Assembly (NCBI RefSeq): GCF_041146345.1
Contig: NW_027191417.1
Span: forward strand, 1,364,001 to 1,428,000
DNA: 64,000 nucleotides
Direction: 5' to 3'
Source of the DNA: Neodothiora populina
Lineage: Eukaryota
Shown: positions 52,226 through 64,000 of the stretch, in pieces
Layout of the letters: each line of letters begins with the position of its first letter
Numbering within the stretch: the first letter of the stretch is position 1
Notes under the pieces: model-generated
What the model was told of the DNA's origin: nothing
The model's database searches: none
What the model saw: only the letters and a program-made list of their open reading frames with translations
Translations under genes and position numbers: made by a program

Positions 52226-55041
52226 TTATTTCATATCAGCCATTTCCTCCTCCAACATGGTTTCGAAACTAAAAGGCTCGAATGGAACACCGTCTCCGAT
52301 GAAATGCTTGCTCATGGCTTCGACCCAGTGCAATCTCAGAGAGTGCAACATGGCCGAAGTACCCTCCATGACAACCAAAACAGCGATGGTGAGGAAAAAC
52401 CAGACGGTGAAGAAGATGAAGATGACAAAAGCACCAGCGACACCGCTGAAACCGAAGGCGATTTTCAGAGTCATGTTCCAGAGCACGATGGACAGCTGTT
52501 GATGGGCAAGCGAAAGAGCCCAGAGACGAAGGTAAGAAGCAGTGTGAGAGACACAATTGAGACAGAACTCTGCGATAAAGTTAGCAATAAAAACATGAAA
52601 TGGGTGCCAGATGGACATACCGATGGTGTGGATGACTTGGTGGATCATCTCCTCGGAGAACTCGAATTCTTCGTGCTCTTCGTCGCCACCTCCAATGTCC
52701 TGAGTGATCATGGCGGCTCCGTCTTCACTGTCGGCGAAGCTGGGTCTGCCGTTGCCGTTCATGCCTTGGTGTTCCTCGTCCTCATCATCATCAAGTGCGC
52801 TGACTCTGGTGCTCTCACCGATACCTCTGTAGCCAAGGGCGCGGGCTCTGTTGTGCTCCCAGCGAAGGTAGAACGGCTTGAGGAAAAGCATGATGGGTAC
52901 ACACACCAGGGCGGCGAGCAACAGGATAACCTGCACAGTTCCCTGTCCAGGGTAGAGCTGCTCCTCAATTGTACCAGGTTGCAAGAACATGTAGATCAAC
53001 ATGTTGAGCAGACCCGGAGGTTGCTCGCCGATGGCGTACCAGTCAACACACCACTTGTAGATGATGGTGAAGACCAGATAACCGAAGATGGACTGGAAGA
53101 AAACCATGCCAGGGATGAAGTTGCCGAAGATGTCGATAGGAGACTTGAAGTGACGAGCATTGATGTAAGAGAGGCAGAGAGAGTAGGTCATGTGTGCCCA
53201 ACCCAACAGGATACTCAGTTTCATCTTGTAACTGTTGGAGAACAAGAGGTCGTTGTCCGTGTCGTGCCATCTCCAGTCCATACCAAAAGGATAGGTGTAA
53301 CCTTCCTTGCGAGTAAAGGTGACCGTCTCGCCTTCCTTGAAGTCGGGCACTTCCCACATGGAGGGGAAAAGAGCCAGCTCCTTGGAGAAAGCATCACAGT
53401 AGATGAGACCGGTGTACATGGAGAAGATACCCATCATCAACATGATGTATCGACCGTAGAAAGCCATGGAGAAAAGCTCGTCTTGCTTGGAGCGCAGCAG
53501 AGGCTTCTCGAAGTAGATCATAGCCACGGCAGCACAGGTCATGATGAAACCGTGACCAAAGTCACCGAACATGACGGCGAACAGGAAAGGAAAAGTGACG
53601 ACTGTGGGAAGACCAGGGTTGACTTCGGTGTACTTGGCAGTACCATAGGCGTCAATGATGGTCTGGAAACCAAGGGTGAACTTGTTCGTCTTGACGTAGG
53701 TCGGTGGGGTCTTGGAGGTCTTGATGTGGTTGACGATGGTAGGGACGGAGAGACCAGCGCGGTCGTTGACATCTTGAAGGGTGGACTTGACAAGAGCAAG
53801 CGAGTTGGAGGGACACCATGCCTCGGCAATCAAAGTCTTGCGCTGCTGATCGTAGGAAAAGCGATTCAAGGTCTGGTAGACGGCCTTCTCCTTCTTGATG
53901 ATGATCATCCATGCTGCCAGGCTGCGACCGATCTGAGTGAGTTCGGCGTCGAGAGTGCGCTTGGTGTTGTCCAGGACGTTGGCGAGATCGGTGAGACGAG
54001 TGTTGACCTCCTGGATCTGATCTCTGCGCAGCTCGCTGTTCTCGTCAACGTTGTAAATGTCGGCGCCGAGAGACTCGGAGATCTTCCTGATCTTGTTGAT
54101 GATTTCCTTGCCGTGAGCGAAGATGACGAAGACGTTCTTGTTCATCTCCTCGTTGTTTTCGGGGTTGATGATCGGCTCCGGGATCTCGGACTGGTTCATG
54201 TAGAGATTGCCACGGAGAGTCCTCCAGAGAATCCGCTCGAATGCGGCGATGCGCTCGCGGGGAATGACACCGGCAACGAAGCCAATGTTCATGACGGAGA
54301 ATGAACGATCCTGGTGTGCGTCGCCATTCTGCCCAGCCTCTTCGACGTTTCTCAGCAGAGGTGCGTCGTCGTCGTCGAGCGACTGTCGGATCTCGTCTGT
54401 CTGGCCGCGAGCCTGTGTGGCATGTCAGCAACCCTGCTTGTTTCTGATCAGGCGAAAGCCTCCCTCACTCTGTCAAAGAAGCCGCCAGCCTCTCTCAAGA
54501 CCCAACGCCACTCGCTCAACTCCATCTCTCTTTTCCTGAGCGTCTCATAGCTGTCGTTCAGCGACGAAATCCTCTGCTCGAGCTGCTGACTGCGGTCGGC
54601 CAGCTCGTCAATCTCGGAAGCCGAAGGAGCGGCGAGTCTGTTGTCGATCTCGTAGATGGACCGCATGGGGATCTCCTCCTTCTCCATCTGAGCCTGGAAG
54701 TAGCGAAGCTGTCGCTCGACGTTGTCCAGGCGGCGGATCTCTTGAGTGAAGGTGCGCTGGAAGGCCGAGGTCTCGCTGTTGAGCTGTTTGAAACAGGAAA
54801 GTCAGCCACTGTCGTCGCCTCCTCCGTCAAGTCGGTCTCTAATCGCGTCTCTTGCGGTCCAATCCCCACGACCCCAACCCAATATGCCCACAACATAGCT
54901 TGGACCACTCACATCTCTAAAGTCCATGATGCCCAATTCGCCCAGAGCGCTGACGACCTCGCGCCCGATCTCATTGGCAATGTACAGCTGCGTCAAGGAC
55001 ATGTCCGCAGAGCGGAAGAGGGTATCCTTTGGTGGCGCCAT
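52226..55041 (-). CDS. VPH1: V-type ATPase V0 subunit a (Vph1/Stv1); 4 exons
   Basis: [65 protein letters not shown] and [10 protein letters not shown]. Confidence 0.97.
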
Positions 55042-55484
55042 GATGACGGTGTCGAGGGCTTTTCTCCTGGAGAGGCCTTTCTCTGCCGCCGAAGCAAGGA
55101 ACCAGATGAAAAGGATAAGAGGGTTGGAGGGAAAGAAACACTCCTGGTGTGTTTTGTTTGTGCAAGAACAGCTTCTCTGGAGCTGCCTACACTACGTTGA
55201 CGCTGGATGTTCCAATGCTTGAATGACGCTTGCGCCAAGACCACGCCTGCTGTAGCACGTCACGTGATGGAGTGCTTACATTCACACATCTAGATACCTT
55301 ACCTACCTTAGTAGATGAAACAAATCATTACTCGATAGGACAGAGGTAGGGTGAGTATCCAGGTGAGAATAAACCTGTTGCAAGCATGATACCATCTTCT
55401 TCAAGCTGCCTATAACAATGAGCCTGCACCTCAGTATCCTGCCGACGGTTCTCCCATGTCTTTTGCTTGAAAACACAAAAACCA

Positions 55485-58400
55485 CTACATCTTGAATCCA
55501 GACCTGATGTCCTCTTTGGTCCAATCAATAACAACACTCTTCTCTTCCTCTTTGTACAATTCCTTACACACCCGCTGTAAACTATCCAAAATGTGTTCGT
55601 ATCTTCGCTCGCACTCCTTGCAAACCATGACCACCAATTGCCGCGACAACTGTTCTTCGTCTGACTCGCCAAAGTGCTTCTCGATACGCTTGCGCAGTGT
55701 CTCGATACTTCGCCTGATCTCTTTGGAGTCGTGGGCAGCCAGAAGCTTTTTGGTCGTGCTGCGTGAGTACGAGGGTCGAGCGGCAATGCTCGGGCCGGAC
55801 ATGTTCTGGGACAAAAGTGTCTCCGTTGCTTCCAAAAAGTCCTGCAATAGATCGAATCAGCACATGTTCTATCTTCATATGGCCGCAGCATCACACTTAC
55901 CATGATCTTGCCCAAAGGTCTGCGGACGACCCGAATGACGTACTCTTCCATATGTTCAGCTCGATCCATGAGTGCCTTGCCTTTCCACTCGGCTAGCACC
56001 GACCCTTCCTTGCCACCATCATCGACTTCTTCGATGTAGTGATGCATGTTCTCTATCAACAAGATATGGTAGTTCAGAATCTCCTTGTCCTCAGGGTCGA
56101 CCCCCTGTGCTGCAGTGATGGCTGTTGCTGTGGGGGACTCCCTGGCGATGACCTTCAAGCTGTCCCACATGGCCTTGTTTATGCGTACGTAGGCCTCATC
56201 GATCATGTGACGAGCAGCAGCAACAGCAGGGGTGCCGTCCAAACGACCTGCAGCTCCGTGGTATACATTCTCAACCGCCCCAGCAAAGGGCGGGAATATC
56301 TTCATGAATGCAATGACGCCCTTACGCTTCTTGATCTTGACCTTTGTGTCCTCGATTGCCCGTATCTGATCATCGACAAACTTTTGAAACAATGTGGCGA
56401 GTCGCTGGGAAAGCGATGTCAAGTTGTGAAGGGCATACTCCTGAGACGTCTCTTGGAATTGAGATGACTGGATAGCAAGCGTGGTGAGAATTCCCACCCC
56501 TTGGATAGGGTCTTCAGCCACGGCCCATTCCATCAATGTCTTCATCTCGGTAGACCAGAATCCGAAGAGCTCTTCCATGATATCCGAGACTCGCCTGGCC
56601 ACATTTCTGTCGGGTTCCATCAGTCTGCGTGCACCCAGATCAGGACTGATACGAGCAGCGGGTGTTGCCGCCATTACTGCATCCGCAAAGTCAACCGTGT
56701 CCAGACTGGTGGCGTGGAACAGGCCAACAATAAAGTTCTGCTCCATTCCGACCAGCGGTATCTGTTCTTCCAGGACACCAGCGAAGACCTCACAAGGCAT
56801 GAGACGACCAGCTTGTGCCTGTCTGACATCGTTGGTGTTAGCGGGCTTATCTCCACTGGCTGCACGGAACTTGGCAAGCGTCTGAGATCGCTTGACGGTG
56901 ATCCTCCGCGCAGTGCTGCTGAGCCCCTCGGAAGGTTCTTTCTCGACAGAGGATGTGAACAGCAGCTCGGCGGCCTCGCCGGTGTTCTTGCGTACACCCT
57001 TCCTCCAAGACTCGGCATTGCCGCGGAAGACCTCGCTGTATAGCGGCCGGGCCTTTGATTGATACATCCTGAACAATCCCTCCCAAGCCTGCTGGTTGAT
57101 TTCTTTCGTGAAGAGGATCAGTGGACTGTATTGCCACAAATTCTCCCTTGCCTGGTTGTACGCCGGGCCATTGAGCTTCAAGGGAGAAGCACTGGGGGTA
57201 TTCGAGGAACGCAGGGCGGGCTTGGCTCTCTGCAACGTCGCATCAAATATGGTGTCCAGATGTCTCAACACACGCTGGCAGAAAGCAGTGCTTTCCTGTA
57301 GGTATGCTTGCCTTTTCTCCTGCAGGGCCTGCATTGAAGCAATCGCAGTACCTTCGAGACCATTACCTCTGCTGATATAAGATGCCGCCAGACCGTTCTG
57401 AGAGCGGATGCTTGGGTCAATGGTGACCATAGCCTTGTAGAGCAACAAGAGAGAGGATTCGATTTCCGAAAGTCCTTGCGAGGTGGACAAGTCGCCATGA
57501 CGGAGAGGCTGTAGCTCATTACGTGAAAGAGAGATGGTGTCCACGAGCTTGGAGAGCTCGGCGTGTAGGATCTTCTGGTTTGCAGTTTGAACCTGCAGAC
57601 CCTGTGATTGTGCTTCAATGTATGCGATGTCGTCATTCAAGCTGCCCAACTCAACAGCATACAACGTCAACAGGCCCTCGAGCTCGTCGCACTCGGCTAT
57701 CGCTCGATCGAGCATCTGGTCCACGACCTCGACTCGGTCATCCTTTTGCTCCAAGTGACCCAGCCAGCTGCCGGCCTCGACGCGACCGAGCTCTCTTTTG
57801 AGATCAGCCTCGAGGTCCTCTAATTGTCGACCCTTGAGAATATTCGCACCCCACCCGAAGTCTGTAAGAATAGACTCGAAAGCAACACCTCGGCCGTCGA
57901 GTAACCGAGGATCAACGTCCAATGATCGCAAGTAGTTCTCTTGGTTTGCCGATCGTCGTTTCGGTCGTCGCGGCTCGGGTGTGGGAGGCATTTGAACCTC
58001 AGACTGGGAAGACTGAGCAGACTCGACTTTCTGCAGCACAGGTCCGACATCCTGAAGTTCGACCCCTTCCTGGCCGTGCTGAGATATCTCGACGCGAGGC
58101 GCCTCGGAACCGGTTTGAGATGGTTCCTCTCGGACAGACATGGTCGTGGGACTAGAGACTTCGGCGATGGCAGCCGCATCAGCGGTAGTCGGTGGGGTCG
58201 TGACCAGAGTGAGAGGAGCAGGCGGCTCCAGCTTTGGCTCGTCCACAGTCGCCTTCCTAAGTGGAGCCGGTACGACTGCATTGATGCCATCGGGTCCGTC
58301 CCCGTTTGTCTCCTTGGCCAGTCGCTCACCTGCACCCCCAGCACGGGGCTTAAAGGCGTTGTAAGCCTTAGCAGCCGAACGGAACTTGCTCGACAGCTCA

Positions 58401-60343
58401 GGCCTGGCCGTGTCTGCCTTTTTCTTTATCATCGGGCCCAGACCAGGACGATGTGCTTCGTCAGAGTCGGTGTTAGCGGCGCCATCCAAAGAGTCCGCGC
58501 CAGAGGTGGAAGGGCGTTCATCAGGTAACACTGGAGGAGGAAGTGGCGGTCCTGAAGCCGTGGGTGGTCTGTCATCCATAGGATCTCTCGCAGATTCCGG
58601 CTGTGGCTGTGGGGTGGGTTGGGCAGACACAGGAGGTGTCTCGTGAAAGGCGCCAGGCATCTGCTCAGGCACAGGAGCAGCAGGGCTTGGGGGCTGATTC
58701 CGGCCCGCCGAAGAGGGTCTGTTCATGGCTAACGGGGGAGGCCTCAGGTCGGCAGACTCGGAGGTCGGCGTTCTCTGCAGGGGGTTGTAGTCCCGAGTCT
58801 GCATGGGTGGTCTTTTCCGCTCCGGAGGCGCTTGCACCTCGTAAGAAAACTCTCGTCCGCTCGGAGTCGGTGGGCCGGGCTCCCGTAGTTGAAGAGGCAT
58901 GGGTTGGGGTTGGGGTTGTTCTTCCAATGGGCGGGGTCGTTGGCGCTGCGGGGACAGGTCAGTCGGTGAAGGCTGAGGTGAAGTGGAGGGCTTCCATCGA
59001 TCAACAGTGGCATTGAACAGGGATGCGCCCATGGCTGTGTTGGGAGTGGGGAGCGATTCGGTGCTCGGGTTCGTCATCTGACGCTCGACGGGCTTCAGAG
59101 GCAGAGGGTGCGGGGGCGGAGGATGGGGCTGGGTCTGCGGCGTGGTCAGGCGCGAGATGGAGGAGGAAGTGGTGGATGGGGCTGGCGAGTTGCCATGCAT
59201 TGGAATTGGACGCAGCTCCGAGTGGGAGGACTTTGGTGTCAATCTCGCACCAGAGGGAGGGAGATGCCCAAACGGTCCAGAGGCAGAAGATTGGTTGGAA
59301 GAAGGGCGTGCAGCATCTCGACTCGGTGGTGGTCGAAGCTGCTCTCCACTGGGTCGCGCCAGACGTTCACGGCTGGGAGCCTGTCGTAGGCCTTGGTCCT
59401 TTGAGTTGAGGCGACGGGGCCGTCGTGCCGGGTCATTCGGCGACTCATATCGTGAGGAAGGGTGTGCAGATGTGTCCTGTGAATGCAGCTGTCGAGACTC
59501 TGGTGGGGGTCGTGGTGGGGGCTCTCTGTTCATCGGTCTCTGGCGAGGGTCACGGGAGTCACTAGAGCCGGTGCGATTGGATTCGGCATACGGCAACCGC
59601 GGTGGTGGCGGGCCACCGGCAGCAGCAGAAGCAGCAGCAGCAGCTCTGGGATCCGCCGTCGGTCGTGGAGAAGGCTGCTGGCCAGGCATGAGACCCAAGA
59701 CGGCCTCGATCTCGCGGTCGGTGAAGCCCTTCAGCTCTGGAACCTGCCCCTTTGTGTACTTTCTGTAGATCTTGACCAAGCTCGCGATGAAGAAGTCTTT
59801 CTCCTTGGAGGTGCCGGCCTGCCAGTAGTAGGGCTTGGAGATGGTGACGACGAAGCCTATCGCGCCGGCCCATTCTCGATACTGCTCGCGGCGGGGGTCC
59901 TGGTGCGGTTGCTGGTGGGTGAAGGACTCGATTGCAGTCAGATCCTCGAGGTTCCAGGTCTTTCCAATGGAAAAGGAGGCATTGCTGTTCTCTCTGGCCT
60001 TGTGCATGCGCACGCGACCAGAGCTCCTGACGGCGATGACGACGACTCGAGGCTTCTTGTTCTTGGGGTCGGAAGTCGGGGGCGCAGGAGTCGAGGGGTG
60101 AGCGGCATCTTCCTGCACGCGGATATGTGTGATGTACGACTCGGACAGTTGGCCGCTGGAGTCGACCTTGGAGAAACAAGTCTCGATCAGGCGTCGCTTC
60201 TCGTCCTCGAAGCGTTCGGCGCGGCTCATGCCCGTCGTGTGTGATGAGGCCATGGGGGTCTGGCTGGGCCGTCGAGAGCTCTGGGAGGGGACATCGGAGG
60301 GGATGCGCGGCTGCGGAGAATAGCCATGGTGGTTCCCGTTCAT
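55485..60343 (-). CDS. SEC3: Exocyst subunit Sec3 (N-terminal PH-like domain, Pro-rich linker, Sec3_C); 1 intron (~55844-55900)
   Basis: MSRAERFEDEKRRLIETCFSK, ESYITHIRVQED, FSIGKTWNL, YIEAQSQGLQVQTANQK, IEDTKVKIKKRKGVI, LNYHILLIENM and LRKRIEKHF. Start taken at MNGNHH (60343). Confidence 0.94.
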
Positions 60344-61071
60344 GTCGCTTGATTGGTGTGTGGTGAAACAGTATACTCGAAAGGGAAACAAGAGGGGCGG
60401 GACTGCGACGACCGCCTCGACTACAGAAGTACAAGTCGGATGGAGCGAGCCAGAGCCAGTGCAATGTGCAGCTAGGACCAGTGGAAACACAACATCTGTG
60501 GCTTGTCTGTCGATACAGAAAGTCAATCGAATCAGCAATCGACGCGATCCATGGTCGAGGACGCGGATAGATATAATATGGAGAACCGAATACAAGTATG
60601 GTAGGTAACTGCTCGACAACAACACGAAGCGTAAGGTAAGGTAATGTAGGGCAGTCACAGTGTGGCTAAGGTAAGTATAGCAACTCTTGGCGCGTTCATG
60701 GATGCCTGACTGACACAGAAGCCACAGAGGTTATACTTTGCACTCCAGTGACACCTTTTCTCCTCACGTTGTAGAGTACAACACAGTACATCTTAACAGA
60801 GAGCCAGCCCCTGACGAGCCTGACTCTGGCACAGCACACCTGGGCAGCTTCTGCCTGTTCGGTTTTACCAAGAAAAGTCTCCAAAGGTTCCGCACTAATC
60901 CCCAAAGCTGCCTAGACTCTCATGCGGGCTCGCCCTCCCGCCAAAAGCACAGACCACAGCTTGTTGCACGGCTTGACGCTTTCGACTTTTCTCCATCTCT
61001 CAAACCAAAAAAAATCCATGTCTGCGAGATTATTCCACTCGAACTTTTCACAATACCCACCATCGCACACA

Positions 61072-62232
61072 ATGGCTCCGTCGACGCCCCCCACCGGGTT
61101 GCTCGCACTCGTCAGCAACTTCCTCGCTGGCAATGGATACGACAAGGCTGCCAAGCAACTGCAGAAGCAGGTCAAAGAGCAGGGGATCACACTGTCCGGC
61201 GACGAGGGCGACTTGACTGCCGTCTTCGAGGCCTACCAGGCCCAGAAGCCTGCTGCGACGTCTGGCGAGGAGAAGACGTCCGAGGAGAGCAGCTCCGAGT
61301 CCAGCTCCGAGTCTGAGTCCAGCGACTCGGAGAGCGAGGCCGACAAGAAGCCCTCCAAGAAGCGCAAGGCCGACGAGGCCAAGAAGGACGACGACTCGTC
61401 CGACGCATCCTCCGAGGAATCTTCTTCCGACGACTCTTCCGACGACGACTCTTCAGATTCCGATAGCGAGGACGCCGCTCCCCCAGCCAAAAAGTCCAAG
61501 ACCAGCAAGAAGGCTGCATCGCCCGCACCATCCAGCAGTGCCGCTTCTTCAGAGGCCGAGGATTCGTCAAGCGATGATTCCGACGACGAGTCATCCGAGT
61601 CAGAAGACAGCGACGACGACAGCTCTTCTTCCTCCGAGGAGTCCAGCGAGAGTGAAAGCGAAAGCGACGACGACAGCTCCTCCTCCTCCGACGACAGCGA
61701 CTCCGACAAGAAGCCCACCAAAAAGACCAAGACCGTCAAAGCCAAAGTCTCGGTCAAGCCCACTGCCACGTCGAGCAGTTCCTCGAGCAGCGCAACCCTG
61801 GAATCCGATTCCTCGTCATCCGCGAAAGACTCGCCCGAAGACACTCTCCTAGTCCCCACCTCATCCCTCGCCGCCGCCGAGCCCTCTGACCCCGCCGAAC
61901 ACATGCACCCGAGCCGCAAGCGCAAACTCGGCGACGACTTCACCGCGCCCGCCGCAGAGTCACAAACGACCGCGATCCCCGCGACGCAAGAGAACCTCAA
62001 GCGTCTAAAAAAGGACAACGTGCCCTTCTCGCGCATCCCCAAGGACCAATACGTTGATCCACGCCTGTCGTCCAACGCCTATGTCGCGTACGACTACGCG
62101 AACAAAGCGCATGAGGCGCTGATTGTGACCAAGGGCAAGGCGTTCACCAAGGCGAAGAATAAGGGCAAGAGAGGCAGTTATCGTGGGGGTAAGATTGATT
62201 TCGATGTCAAGGGTTTCAAGTTTGAGGATTAG
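61072..62232 (+). CDS. SRP40: Srp40/Nopp140-like nucleolar protein (LisH-like N-terminus, acidic Ser tracts, SRP40_C domain)
   Basis: LLALVSNFLAGNGYDKAAKQL, alternating S/D/E and K-rich tracts, C-terminal PFSRI..YANKAHEALIVTKGKAFTKAKNKGKRGSYRGGKID...FKFED. Confidence 0.92.
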   Translation: MAPSTPPTGLLALVSNFLAGNGYDKAAKQLQKQVKEQGITLSGDEGDLTAVFEAYQAQKPAATSGEEKTSEESSSESSSESESSDSESEADKKPSKKRKADEAKKDDDSSDASSEESSSDDSSDDDSSDSDSEDAAPPAKKSKTSKKAASPAPSSSAASSEAEDSSSDDSDDESSESEDSDDDSSSSSEESSESESESDDDSSSSSDDSDSDKKPTKKTKTVKAKVSVKPTATSSSSSSSATLESDSSSSAKDSPEDTLLVPTSSLAAAEPSDPAEHMHPSRKRKLGDDFTAPAAESQTTAIPATQENLKRLKKDNVPFSRIPKDQYVDPRLSSNAYVAYDYANKAHEALIVTKGKAFTKAKNKGKRGSYRGGKIDFDVKGFKFED

Positions 62233-62799
62233 TTTCCTTGTCCCTCTCTTTCTCTCCCTTTTGCGAGGGTTTGAGGACGCAGTGGTGTTGGCGTTTCTTC
62301 TTTTCTTTTCTTTTCTTTTCTTACTTTTGGAGCTTAGATCTTGACTTTTGGATCTCTTTGTCCACAGTTAGGCGGGAAGGGGCTTTTTGTCTGAAACGCG
62401 CTATATCATAGACATCTCGTATCATCGAAATAAAGATCAAAAAGAAAAAAAAGTCATACAAGTCCTAGTAGACATGTTCGGTTCTCGGTTCTTTACTTTT
62501 TCTGTTCTCACCGTGAGTGGCTTTTCTAGGGCTCTGCTTTTACTCGTTACTCTTCTCATTCTTTCTAGGGTCGAAACATAAGAAATGAAAGAATTAGTTG
62601 GAATCCAGAGAAGGGAAAAGGGTGGGGTATCGTCAATGTCATTTCATTTCCATTTCGTTTTAGTCTTGTGCCTCGTCGTCGTCGGTGCTGTGTCCCACTC
62701 TTATCCTTCATAGACCTCCTCCTGTAATAATAAAGTGTGCCTTATTCATGTATGTATCGCCATGCAAAACGTACGACAACGACGAGCCAGAAGAAGCGT

Positions 62800-63748
62800 T
62801 CATGTCCGCCCGTTCATTCTCCTCTCTAGCTCGTCTTGCACCGTTTCCCTCTGCACCTCTTCGTACCCTGGCGGTGGCTCGGCCAGTGGATTGAACGAGG
62901 TAGACTGTCGGTCTTGCGTCGCCGTCGTCGTCGCTGTCGTTCTCGTCTGAGCGCTCGTTTCTGCTCCCGCGCTATCTTGACTTGACTTCGTCGGCGGAGG
63001 CTGTGTCTGCACCTCTTGTTGCGGCGCTACTGCCAGCCCCTGCGGCGGCAGCACAGAAACACCCGGTGCAGCCGGCGCAGCGGCCTCTTCATACCGCGGC
63101 AGATCATCCAGATGCACACCAGCGACATCAACGCCGGCCAACGACCCGCCCCCTCTGCCCCTCCCAATCTCACTGCCATCGCCACTCTGCCCGCCCCCGA
63201 AATGCCCACTCTCACGCGCGACCTCGACGGCCTGCCGCAGCCTCTCCTTGACTCTCTCGTAGCGCCCGTGGAAATCATACGCGCCGCCTTCCTTGAAGGT
63301 TATTTTGCACTCGATGGCTGCCGCCGACGCGGATTGCGACGACGACGGGATCGGGATGCCCCCGCCTTGCACGGGCTGGATGAGCGCGGTCCAGACGTTG
63401 GGGCCTATCCATGGCGCGACGACGTGTGAGTCATGAGTATTCAGGATGGGCGCGGCGAAGGATTGGAAGTCTTTTGAGGGCGTCGCGGGGAGGTAGATCA
63501 GGCGGCGGTTGGTCAGGTAGAGGGTTCCTTGACTGCAGGATAATGAGAAGGGTTGCTGAGAGGGGAATTTGGCTATCGAGGCGAGGGATAGCGTCGTTCG
63601 TGGCGGGGACGTGTAGAGGGTGGATTCGTTCGGGAGAGGCGTGAATCTTGGTGGGTGTGTCGTTGTTAGCATTACCCAGCTGTGTGAGTCGTGGTTAGTT
63701 CTGCTGTCGCTGCGATTCTTGGCTCTGGAAGATTTACTTGATAGACAT
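62800..63748 (-). CDS. WBP2-like GRAM/PH-fold protein with PY motifs; 2 exons
   Basis: MSIN|WVML.. via intron GTAAAT..CTAAC..CAG; GTLYLTNRRLIYLP, APWIGPNVW, KITFKEGGAYDF, LPRY and PPPGY motifs. Confidence 0.82.
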
Positions 63749-64000
63749 GATGACGGTATGCTCTACTCTGCTATCTGCGACTCGCTGAGATACGAAGTAC
63801 TGCGTTCGTCTTTTAATGATAGCAGTGGTTGTCTGGAATTTCTTATCGTAGGCCCAAGTCCGCTTTTCATCAATCAGGGAAGAATCGTTATCGTGAAAAG
63901 AGGAAAACGTCAATTCGTGTCTCGAGATGAGGGTATCAGGTTAAGTAGATGAAGGACAAGAAAGTAAGTGCTGCACAGTAATACCTATAACAGCGCAGAA

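Noticed and set aside
52304..54304. 666-aa ORF antisense to VPH1
   Set aside because: It mirrors a strongly codon-biased gene, which suppresses antisense stops, and has no recognisable domain.
60344..60658. 105-aa N-terminal extension of Sec3 in the ORF track, and similar extensions of SRP40 and UTP14
   Set aside because: The extensions come from upstream or non-ATG starts in UTR-like sequence; family similarity begins at the downstream ATG.

Overview
Gene-dense genomic DNA from a filamentous ascomycete (Pezizomycotina). Short spliceosomal introns with CTRAY branch sites and an Ayg1/Yg1 melanin hydrolase are compatible with a Eurotiomycete or black yeast, but that placement is inference. I can reconstruct 20 protein-coding genes by hand: a 2H phosphoesterase, dynactin p27, an LRR protein, Mg-dependent phosphatase 1, a DHA1 MFS transporter, a four-finger C2H2 transcription factor, epsin, a siderophore-iron transporter, DUF1295, a USP-domain protein, Ayg1, Argonaute, a GH81 glucanase, mitoribosomal mL41, Utp14, a class I/II aminotransferase, V-ATPase subunit a, Sec3, Srp40 and a WBP2-like protein. 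I found no tRNA, rRNA, intact transposon or CRISPR. I cannot demonstrate a wholly new multi-gene system. The best leads are: (1) a ~10 kb gene-free region plus a long 5'-UTR intron upstream of the C2H2 regulator; (2) a duplicated, potentially structured ~70-nt element with a 33-bp identical core between convergent genes at ~49.0 kb; (3) an intronless, bacterial-looking 2H phosphoesterase; (4) unusual splicing (a GC-AG intron, frequent AAG acceptors, a duplicated 3' splice region that could give a poison isoform); (5) recurring intergenic AGGTAAG/TACCTTAC arrays. Exon boundaries were inferred by eye and need RNA-seq confirmation.
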